This document shows positions 1 to 7,912 of a stretch of 64,000 nt of DNA, one piece after another (the stretch's first letter is position 1; each line of letters opens with the position of its first letter). This DNA comes from an uncultured Jutongia sp. (GTDB lineage: Bacteria > Bacillota > Clostridia > Lachnospirales > Lachnospiraceae), in contig CAYPEW010000016.1 in assembly GCA_964409845.1 (NCBI GenBank), positions 383-64,382 of the forward strand, written 5' to 3'. Made by a program: the position numbers and the translations under genes. Below the pieces are notes generated by a model. The model was not told the origin of the DNA, searched no databases, and saw only the letters and a program-made list of their open reading frames with translations.

Positions 1-67
1 TTTTACATTAGAGCAATGTCGGCGGAAAATATTACTTTGATTCCGACAGTGGAGAAATGAGGTCATT

Positions 68-1501
68 ATGGTTTTTAGCAGTATCGTATTTTTGTGTATT
101 TTTCTGCCGGCTGTACTGGTGCTGTATCTCCTGTGTCCACTTAAGTTTCGGAATCTTTTGTTATTGCTGGTCAGCCTTTTGTTTTATGCATGGGGTGAAC
201 CAAAATATATTCTGATTATGTTGTTTTCCACAGTATTTGATTACTGCAATGGGCGTGCTCTGGAATATTTTCAGGAACATCAGCAGCCAGGGAAACAGAA
301 AGGGATTCTGATTCTATCTATTGTAGGAAATCTGGGAATTCTGTGTTTTTTTAAGTATACGGATTTTATTTTAAACAATCTAAACCATTTGGGGGCATCC
401 GTTTCCTTGTTGAATCTGGCGCTGCCAATTGGAATTTCCTTTTATACATTTCAAACGATGTCTTATACGATTGATGTTTATCGGGGCAATGTAAAACCAC
501 AACATAATTTCATTGCATTTGCCATGTATGTCAGCATGTTTCCGCAATTAATTGCCGGACCAATTGTACGCTATCAGGCGGTGGAGCAGGACTTGTATCA
601 TCGGGGACTGGTTAGTCGGGACATGGCACAGGGAATGCAGCGTTTTCTGATTGGCTTGGCAAAGAAAGTTATTCTGGCAAATCAGATAGGTGCCCTGTGG
701 ACAGAGATTTCTTCCGGCAGTAAGTTAACTGCGGCAGGAGCCTGGTTAGGTGCGCTGGCATATACCTTTCAAATTTATTTTGATTTCTCTGGTTACTCAG
801 ATATGGCGATTGGATTGGGTCAGATTTTTGGATTCCACTTCCCAGAGAACTTTCATTATCCTTATGAGTCAAAAAGCATTACAGAATTCTGGAGACGTTG
901 GCATATGACGCTGAGTACATGGTTTCGGGAGTATCTCTATATTCCTCTGGGAGGAAGCAGGCATGGCAGGCGCAGACAGATTATTAATCTGCTGATTGTC
1001 TGGGCACTGACTGGTTTGTGGCACGGAGCTGCCTGGAATTTTGTGATCTGGGGACTGTATTTCTTTGTGCTGTTAATGGTTGAAAAATTGTATTTATTGC
1101 GTTATATGCAAGGGCTGCAGGATTGGGTCAGACATTTTTATGCTCTCTTTTTTATTGTTTTTGGCTGGGTGTTGTTTGCCAATGAAGGATTTGGGGAATT
1201 AGGACATTATATTGCTGCTATGTTTGGATTTGGGAACGGATGGTGTGATCAGACGGCAATTTATCAGTGGTATACTCATTTGCCGCTTTTGATTATATTA
1301 TGCTTAGCGTCAACCCATTTGCCGAAGTATCTCTTGTCCTTGTTATGGAATCGCTTGAAATCTCATATTGCGTTTTGTGAAAAACATCATCAGGAAATTA
1401 AAATGGTGCTGGCAGGAGGATATACAATATTGTTGTTAATTGGGAGCCTGGCTTTTCTGGTAAACGGTTCTTATAATCCATTTTTATACTTTAGGTTTTA
1501 G
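68..1501 (+). CDS. MBOAT family O-acyltransferase (AlgI/PatA/DltB-like)
   Basis: Polytopic membrane protein with motifs LPIGISFYTFQ, FPQLIAGPIVR, YFDFSGYSDMAIG, EFWRRWHMTL, GLWHGA and C-terminal NPFLYFRF. Confidence 0.93.
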   Translation: MVFSSIVFLCIFLPAVLVLYLLCPLKFRNLLLLLVSLLFYAWGEPKYILIMLFSTVFDYCNGRALEYFQEHQQPGKQKGILILSIVGNLGILCFFKYTDFILNNLNHLGASVSLLNLALPIGISFYTFQTMSYTIDVYRGNVKPQHNFIAFAMYVSMFPQLIAGPIVRYQAVEQDLYHRGLVSRDMAQGMQRFLIGLAKKVILANQIGALWTEISSGSKLTAAGAWLGALAYTFQIYFDFSGYSDMAIGLGQIFGFHFPENFHYPYESKSITEFWRRWHMTLSTWFREYLYIPLGGSRHGRRRQIINLLIVWALTGLWHGAAWNFVIWGLYFFVLLMVEKLYLLRYMQGLQDWVRHFYALFFIVFGWVLFANEGFGELGHYIAAMFGFGNGWCDQTAIYQWYTHLPLLIILCLASTHLPKYLLSLLWNRLKSHIAFCEKHHQEIKMVLAGGYTILLLIGSLAFLVNGSYNPFLYFRF

Positions 1502-1604
1502 TAGAATATGATACCAGGGTTAAAAGTAGATTGAAATGTAGTAATCCGTAGCATTATCATGTGATATTTGGTGGATTGCAGTACGATAGAAAGGAATTTT
1601 GCTT

Positions 1605-2747
1605 ATGAAATGGTGGTATCGCATTTATTTCGGTATGGCGGCCGGAATTCTGCTCCTATTTGGTGTTATGATTGTGTTGACACCAGATCGTGATTTTTCT
1701 GAAAATGAAAATCGTGTTCTGGCAACATTGCCGGCATTCCATTTGCAGGATTTTTGGTCAGGAGATTATCAGGAGAATCTGGAACAGGCGGTGGATGATC
1801 AGATGGTTTGCAGAGATCAATTTACAGCGCTGGCTACAGATATGATGCAAAAATTGGGTTATCAGGATATTGGTGGAGCCTATCTGGGAAGTGGGCAGAC
1901 TTATTTGACCAAAATCACTGTTGACGATATTGATATGTTTCGTTATATGGAAAATCTGCGTTATGTGGAATATTTATCTGAAGAATATCCTGAGAAAGTC
2001 AGTTTGATGCTGGTTCCATCGGCAGGAACGATTTTGAATGATCGTTTGCCAAAGTATGCCCCTTTTTATCATGCAGACTCCATGTATCATGCGGCAGAGG
2101 TGGTGTGTGATACAACGAATGTGCTGGATCTGAGAAAGGCTATGCAGCTTCAAAACGAGATACTGAAAAGTGAAAATTCAGATAGTGAAGTCTATTTTCG
2201 AACCGATCATCATTGGACTTTGCCAGGTGCCTATCAGGGATATGCCGTTTATTCTACAGCAAAAAAACGAGAACCTTTGGAATATCAGGAGTTTCAGCCA
2301 GAGAAGATAACAAATGCATTCTATGGAACATTATATTCTAAGGTATTGGACCGCAAGGTTAAGCCGGATGTCATGTATGCAGCATCTGACGTGGGAGAGA
2401 CTACATCAGTAGTCTGTGATGGTAATAAAAGAAAAAGTGTGTATGATACTGAAAAATTAGAGACTAAGGATAAATATGCCTACTTTTTTGGTGGAAATTT
2501 TGGTGAAGTCAGGATTCAAACCAAGGCAGAACAGGGAGGCACACTGGTAATTTTCAAGGATTCTTTTGCCAATAGCATGGTGCCTTTTCTATTGCAGGAT
2601 TATGAGGAGATTGTTATGATTGATTTGCGCTATTACCGTGAATCTATCGCTGCATACCTGGAGGAATTGGAGGATCCAGAAATATTGGTATTATATGAAA
2701 TGAGCAATTTTGCAGAGGATGTTAATCTGGTAAAACTATCGAAATAG
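1605..2747 (+). CDS. DHHW family protein (AlgJ/PatB-like acyl-transfer partner)
   Basis: N-terminal membrane anchor, SENENR, RTDHHWT and KDSFAN motifs; directly follows the MBOAT gene. Confidence 0.88.
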   Translation: MKWWYRIYFGMAAGILLLFGVMIVLTPDRDFSENENRVLATLPAFHLQDFWSGDYQENLEQAVDDQMVCRDQFTALATDMMQKLGYQDIGGAYLGSGQTYLTKITVDDIDMFRYMENLRYVEYLSEEYPEKVSLMLVPSAGTILNDRLPKYAPFYHADSMYHAAEVVCDTTNVLDLRKAMQLQNEILKSENSDSEVYFRTDHHWTLPGAYQGYAVYSTAKKREPLEYQEFQPEKITNAFYGTLYSKVLDRKVKPDVMYAASDVGETTSVVCDGNKRKSVYDTEKLETKDKYAYFFGGNFGEVRIQTKAEQGGTLVIFKDSFANSMVPFLLQDYEEIVMIDLRYYRESIAAYLEELEDPEILVLYEMSNFAEDVNLVKLSK

Positions 2748-2821
2748 GCTGCTATCCACAGAAATAGCCTGTGAATAGTAAGTGAAAAAAGCATGATTTG
2801 TCATAATTATTTAAAAATTTG

Positions 2822-2850
2822 TTGACAGGATGTAATAATTTTGTTATACT
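2822..2850 (+). promoter_or_regulatory. sigma-A type promoter of the NlpC/P60 gene
   Basis: TTGACA-17 nt-TATACT with TG extension. Confidence 0.75.
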
Positions 2851-2878
2851 CCTTACCGAAATGTAATAGTTTTGTAAC
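2831..2878 (+). promoter_or_regulatory. two WalR/YycF-type direct-repeat boxes
   Basis: TGTAAT-N5-TGTTAT (2831-2847) and TGTAAT-N5-TGTAAC (2862-2878) both match TGTWAH-N5-TGTWAH. Confidence 0.6.
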
Positions 2879-2944
2879 AATTGAAGAACGAAGTCCTATT
2901 ATAGAATATGGAATGGGATGTGAAGAAAGGTTTGGTTGATTATT

Positions 2945-4243
2945 ATGTATCGTAAGGAGTTATTTCAGAAAGCCGTCGGAGTCACGGTAGCATGTATGCT
3001 GACTATAGGTTTAAATGCGACAGTATCAAATACACCGAAACATAATATAAGTAACAGTGCCAGTAATGCACAGGCAGTTGTTGTATCAGTCATTGAAGAT
3101 GACATGAATCTGGAGGAAGTTACCTTACTTCCATCCGAGAGTGTTGTACCGAATGAGGCTGCTAATGTGGCAGACGGTACCAATGTAGTGACAATAACAA
3201 ATCCATCGACAGAACAGAACACAGTTGTAGAGACGGTAGAGAATTTACAGGCTGATCAGACAGCGAATAGTGTGAACGGAGCGGCAGAAGAAGCCCCTGC
3301 AGCAGAGACAAATACAAATGCAGCTGCTCAGAAGACGGAACAGAAAGAATCCAAAGAATTTAAGAATACAGGAATTTCTATTGCCAAAGATTACGTGAAT
3401 ATCCGTAAAGCACCAAGCACAGATAGCAAGATTAAGGGCAAGCTTTATCGTGGTAGTGCGGCAAAGATTATTAAGACCAAAGGTAAATGGGTTAAGATTA
3501 AATCCGGAAGCGTAACAGGATATATCCGAAAAGATTATCTGGCGATTGGTGACAAGGCTGCAAAAGTGGCAAATAAATTTGGTAAGACTTACGCAGTGGT
3601 AAAAAAAGGAACGGATACGTTGAATGTGCGGAAGAAAAAAAGTACCGAAGCAGGTATTCTGAAGCAGATTGGTGACGGAGATAGTTATGTAGTCAAAAGT
3701 GAAGGATCCGAGTGGGTTAAGATCAAATTGTCCGGTTCAGAAACCGGTTATGTTTCTAAAGATTATGTTTCTACAAAGTTCCGTTTTAATAAAGCGGTGT
3801 CCATTAAAGAAGAACAGGCAGCAGAACGTAGCAGTTCTACTTCTACATCCAGCAGTACAACAGCAGGCGGCAGTTCCTATAGCAGCAAGGGTGTCAGTGT
3901 GGCAAGTTATGCGTTGCAGTTTATCGGTAACCCTTATGTATGGGGTGGTTCCAGTCTGACAAATGGTGCAGATTGCTCTGGTTTTACCATGAGTGTATAT
4001 GCGCATTTTGGTTATGGTTTACCACATAGTTCTGGTTCACAGTCTGGTTGTGGCCGTGCTGTATCTCTCAGTGCGTTACAACCGGGAGATCTGGTATTTT
4101 ACAGACATGGTGGCAGTATCGGACATGTTGCAATGTACATCGGTGGTGGCAGAGTGGTGCATGCACAGTGCAAAAAGACCGGAATAACAACGTCCAGCGT
4201 AAATTATCGTACACCGGCATGTGCCCGCCGTATTATTGGATGA
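2945..4243 (+). CDS. SH3b + NlpC/P60 (C40) peptidoglycan endopeptidase
   Basis: Signal peptide, two SH3b-like repeats (VNIRKAPS...GYI; LNVRKKKS...GYV), Ser-rich linker, PYVWGG...DCSG...HVAMY...VVH catalytic motifs. Confidence 0.92.
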   Translation: MYRKELFQKAVGVTVACMLTIGLNATVSNTPKHNISNSASNAQAVVVSVIEDDMNLEEVTLLPSESVVPNEAANVADGTNVVTITNPSTEQNTVVETVENLQADQTANSVNGAAEEAPAAETNTNAAAQKTEQKESKEFKNTGISIAKDYVNIRKAPSTDSKIKGKLYRGSAAKIIKTKGKWVKIKSGSVTGYIRKDYLAIGDKAAKVANKFGKTYAVVKKGTDTLNVRKKKSTEAGILKQIGDGDSYVVKSEGSEWVKIKLSGSETGYVSKDYVSTKFRFNKAVSIKEEQAAERSSSTSTSSSTTAGGSSYSSKGVSVASYALQFIGNPYVWGGSSLTNGADCSGFTMSVYAHFGYGLPHSSGSQSGCGRAVSLSALQPGDLVFYRHGGSIGHVAMYIGGGRVVHAQCKKTGITTSSVNYRTPACARRIIG

Positions 4244-4340
4244 TATGATGTCAGAGTCGAAAGTAGATAGACGTCTGTAGCATCGGTTAGGGACAAAACG
4301 CTTTTTGACCCCAATATTACAATATAGAATCAGATAAGGG

Positions 4341-4373
4341 AGAGAGTTCTGTATGTTGCAGAATTCTCTTTTT
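4341..4373 (+). terminator. rho-independent terminator
   Basis: GAGAGTTCTG/CAGAATTCTC stem followed by a T-run, after the NlpC/P60 gene. Confidence 0.65.
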
Positions 4374-4444
4374 GCGATTTTGGAATTTTATTTGTTTGTT
4401 TGCAACATTTTCCATGTATGCAGACACATATAAATAGAATCCAT

Positions 4445-4471
4445 GTTACTGCTTACGGAGTGAACAGTAAC
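4445..4471. mobile_element. 27-bp palindromic mini-element with 8-bp target-site duplication
   Basis: GTTACTGCTTACGGAGTGAACAGTAAC flanked on both sides by GAATCCAT (4437-4444 and 4472-4479). Confidence 0.75.
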
Positions 4472-4585
4472 GAATCCATAATTCGTTTGCATTTTACCTG
4501 GAAAACTAATATACTAAGACATAGATGCATGGCATCAAGGGGATTAGATATATGAAGCGAATACAGAACGGTATGGAGGATTACG

Positions 4586-6286
4586 ATGAAAATAAAACGA
4601 ATGATATCTGCGGTGCTGGCAGGAGTTATGATAGTTACTGCCGGCAGTGGTTTGCCGCTTGTTCATAAAGTAGTACCAGATGTTGTACAGACAGCATCTG
4701 CAGAGGAAAAATGGCCGGCTGGCGTGAATGAAAAATCATTGTCCAGTCAATCAGCAGTGGTTATGGAACTTTCTACGGGAACTATATTGTATCAAAAGAA
4801 TGCGCATAAGAAGCGCTATCCGGCAAGTACTACCAAGGTTATGACGGCAATGCTGGCGATTCAGAATAGTTCGTTGACTGACACAGTTACTTTTTCCAAG
4901 GAAGCTGTTTATGGAATTGAGAGCGGCAGCTCCACGATTTATAGTGAAGTGGATGAGCAGATGTCAATGGAGCAGTGTCTCTATGCCATTATGCTGGAGT
5001 CAGCCAATGAAGTCTGTCTGGCGGTAGGAGAGCATGTAGCCGGTTCTGCTTCCGCATTTATTGATATGATGAATCAGAGGGTTGCAGATTTAGGCCTAAA
5101 GGATACTCATTTTAACAACCCTAATGGGCTGCCGGATCCGAAGCACTATACCTCTGCCTATGACATGGCGGTTATTGCCAGAGAGGCAATGAAGAATTCC
5201 GATTTTCGGAAATTTGTGGGAACCAAGACTTATACCTGTGCCAAGACCAATAAACACAAAATGACCCGTGTGTGGAATAACCATCACCAGATGGTTAATG
5301 GATATAAATGGCCAAAATATGAGTATAAATATTGTATTGGGGGAAAAACAGGTTACACCAATATTGCCAGAAGTAATCTGGTAACCTATGCAGAAAAGGA
5401 TGGAATGCAGTTGGTTTGTGTGACCATGAAGGGGGATAGTCCGGAGCAAGGAGAACCCAATGAATATACGGACAGCACCAGGTTGTTGAATTTTGGTTTT
5501 GAGAAGTTTCAGAAGCATACGGTCAATGCAGAAAACATTGCTATCAATGATGATTTGTTTAATACTTATGGCAGTTATTTCAATGCGAAGGAATCTCCGG
5601 TGCATTTGTCGGCGGATGCTTCTGTCGTGTTGCCTAAGGGGGTGGATTTGACAGCTGCCAAGCAAAGCGTTTCTTATTATGATAACGTGACTTTGCAGCA
5701 GGGAGATAATGTAATCGGTCAGGTCAAATATACATATGGCAAGAGGACAGTGGGATATTCGGATATTGTTTACACGAAATCTGCTACCGATAACCGTATG
5801 GATAAGGCTTCCCGAGAGATGGTCGGAGATCAGATTGGCGATATTGAAGAGACCAATGCGAAGCAGAAACAAAAGAAAAAGGTATGGGGCAAGTTATTGA
5901 AACCATTTCAAAAGGCGACTGTGAAGATAGGAAAGCTCATGCACAATCAGATGGTTGGTGGTATTTTGCTGGTTATTGCAGGGATCGCAGTGATTCTGGC
6001 GCTGATACTGGTGTTGCGAAGATTTTCACCAAAATATCAGAGACGCCGCAGACGTCGTTCCGGAGGTTATCTCAGCCGTGGTGGCAGGAAGCAGTATGCA
6101 AAACGTCAGAGACAGCAGAAAAGGGAATCAAATAAAAAGAACGGCAGGAAAAACCGGATAAAGTATTACAAGAAAAATGGCATGGCTGTGAAAAAATCGC
6201 CCCAAAAACGTAGTAAAGCAATGCAGTATAGTAAACGGCAGAAGCGAGTGAAAGAAAGCTTTGGAAAAAACTTTTTTGACTTTTAG
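4586..6286 (+). CDS. D-alanyl-D-alanine carboxypeptidase (peptidase S11) with C-terminal TM helix and basic tail
   Basis: SxxK (PASTTK), SxN (ESANE), HFNNPNGL and KTG (GKTGYT) motifs. Confidence 0.92.
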   Translation: MKIKRMISAVLAGVMIVTAGSGLPLVHKVVPDVVQTASAEEKWPAGVNEKSLSSQSAVVMELSTGTILYQKNAHKKRYPASTTKVMTAMLAIQNSSLTDTVTFSKEAVYGIESGSSTIYSEVDEQMSMEQCLYAIMLESANEVCLAVGEHVAGSASAFIDMMNQRVADLGLKDTHFNNPNGLPDPKHYTSAYDMAVIAREAMKNSDFRKFVGTKTYTCAKTNKHKMTRVWNNHHQMVNGYKWPKYEYKYCIGGKTGYTNIARSNLVTYAEKDGMQLVCVTMKGDSPEQGEPNEYTDSTRLLNFGFEKFQKHTVNAENIAINDDLFNTYGSYFNAKESPVHLSADASVVLPKGVDLTAAKQSVSYYDNVTLQQGDNVIGQVKYTYGKRTVGYSDIVYTKSATDNRMDKASREMVGDQIGDIEETNAKQKQKKKVWGKLLKPFQKATVKIGKLMHNQMVGGILLVIAGIAVILALILVLRRFSPKYQRRRRRRSGGYLSRGGRKQYAKRQRQQKRESNKKNGRKNRIKYYKKNGMAVKKSPQKRSKAMQYSKRQKRVKESFGKNFFDF

Positions 6287-6298
6287 GAGGGGAAGTGT

Positions 6299-7486
6299 AT
6301 GAAAAGAAAGAATTTGTTTCATGGATGGCGAAAATGGGGTATGGTTGCGATGATACTGTGTCTGGTCGTATCTCTGTGTGCCTGTAGTGACATGGAAGGC
6401 GGGGGAGAAAGCGCAAATAAATCCGAATTTTCCGGTATTGCTCCGGAAAATCAGAGCGAAGAATATGCAGATGTAGATTTACAAGAAGGATATGATGTTA
6501 GCTATGATAGCGACAGTGAATCTGAGGAAGACGGAACAGGTGCTGCAGTAAATGGGGAAGCTGCCAACGCTGCACAGAGTAATGCCACTGCCGAAGATGG
6601 CGATACTGTCGAGACCCCAAAAGAGAAGGTAGAGGGGAGTCAGTCGGCAAATCAGCAGACAGTAAGCAAAGAAATGCTGGTATATCGGGGGCAGATAGAG
6701 ATTGATACCTTGAAATTTGATCGTTCTGTAGAGGATTTCAAACAACTGATCAATCAGGTAGGAGGCTTTGTTGAGAAAGAGAATTATTCCGATGAAGGGG
6801 AACGGTATGGTGCTTACTATGCTGTAGAGGAAGACGAAAAACATAACAGCTATACAGCAACTATCCGTGTTCCTAGTGCCGAATACAATACAGTAATGGA
6901 TGGAGCAGGAAACCTGGGAGATGTAAGAAGTAAAACTTCCAATGTGCAAAATGTTACACAGCAATATGGTACTTACCAGTCGCAGATTAAAATTTATGAA
7001 GCGGAGTATCAGCGTTATCTTAAATTATTGGAAAAAGCATCGGAAGATCAGTATGCCTTAGAGATTGAGCAGAAATTGTTTGATTTACAGGTCAAGATTG
7101 CAGAAATTAAATCTGCGATTACGAACTTGGAAACAGATGTGGCATATTCCTATATTGATATAACATTAATCGAAGTTCAGAAATATCAGGAACATCCGGA
7201 GAAAACGGATACTTTTCTGGATCGTCTGATACAAACCTGTAAGAATTCTTGGAATGTATTCCTATTTTTGCTTGAGAAGATTTTGTTCTGCATCATCTAT
7301 ACTTGGTATTATATTGCGCTTATCCTGTTACTTCTGTTTGTGATCTTTAAGGTGCAGCGTAAACATCCGCAGTCTCGGATTAGAACGGAGAAAAAAGATG
7401 CAGTTCCGGTAAGGGAAGATGATTTTGGAGAGAATGAATTGGGTTCTGATGCAGAGGAGTCAGAAGAATCTGAAGATGAGGAGTGA
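6299..7486 (+). CDS. DUF4349-type lipoprotein
   Basis: Lipobox (LCAC), acidic linker, TIRVPS and NVTQQY coiled-coil region, C-terminal TM helix. Confidence 0.75.
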   Translation: MKRKNLFHGWRKWGMVAMILCLVVSLCACSDMEGGGESANKSEFSGIAPENQSEEYADVDLQEGYDVSYDSDSESEEDGTGAAVNGEAANAAQSNATAEDGDTVETPKEKVEGSQSANQQTVSKEMLVYRGQIEIDTLKFDRSVEDFKQLINQVGGFVEKENYSDEGERYGAYYAVEEDEKHNSYTATIRVPSAEYNTVMDGAGNLGDVRSKTSNVQNVTQQYGTYQSQIKIYEAEYQRYLKLLEKASEDQYALEIEQKLFDLQVKIAEIKSAITNLETDVAYSYIDITLIEVQKYQEHPEKTDTFLDRLIQTCKNSWNVFLFLLEKILFCIIYTWYYIALILLLLFVIFKVQRKHPQSRIRTEKKDAVPVREDDFGENELGSDAEESEESEDEE

Positions 7487-7505
7487 AGCTAAGTCAAGTC
7501 CAATA

Positions 7506-7546
7506 GTATGCAAGAAACTCTAAAATCAATAATGCACATGTGGGTG
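7506..7546 (+). repeat. dispersed intergenic repeat, copy 1 (partner at 56468-56508)
   Basis: 35 of 41 nt identical to the rpoB-rpoC intergenic copy. Confidence 0.75.
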
Positions 7547-7590
7547 GCATATCAGTGTGTTAATACACTGGAAAGATAATTTAAAATAAT

Positions 7591-7631
7591 GAAATGCCGG
7601 AAAACTTGAATTCAAGTATTTCCGGCATTTC
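7591..7631. terminator. bidirectional terminator hairpin between DUF4349 gene and tRNA
   Basis: GAAATGCCGGAAA...TTTCCGGCATTTC inverted repeat between convergent genes. Confidence 0.7.
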
Positions 7632-7637
7632 TTATAG

Positions 7638-7711
7638 CGTCGCTAAGAGGATTTGAACCTCCGGCCTACCGCTTAGGAGGCGGTCGCTCTATCCAGCTGA
7701 GCTATAGCGAC
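7638..7711 (-). tRNA. tRNA-Arg (anticodon CCT)
   Basis: Reverse complement GTCGCTATAGCTCAGCTGGATAGAGCGACCGCCTCCTAAGCGGTAGGCCGGAGGTTCAAATCCTCTTAGCGACG folds as a cloverleaf; TTGACA-17-TAAAAT promoter upstream at 7730-7758. Confidence 0.97.
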
Positions 7712-7912
7712 ATTTATGATATCCTTTATATTTTACTTATAAACAGGTGGATTGTCAATTGCCTTTTTGTCCGTTTGAACATGGTGCTATGTTCTTCTGA
7801 CATGAGCATAAATTTGCGAAACAGCGGAAAAGATTGTGATAATGCCGGATGAGCTATGGCTGCTGGTAGACATTTTCTGGGAGTTGGGGTATACTTTAGA
7901 ATATTAAAGGAT

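Noticed and set aside
5096..5872. Long antisense ORFs (also 30963-31835, 28850-29461 and those within rpoBC)
   Set aside because: Shadows of well-supported genes on the opposite strand with no motifs.
7638..7711. tRNA as integration site of an island
   Set aside because: No integrase and no duplicated tRNA 3' end seen in the window.
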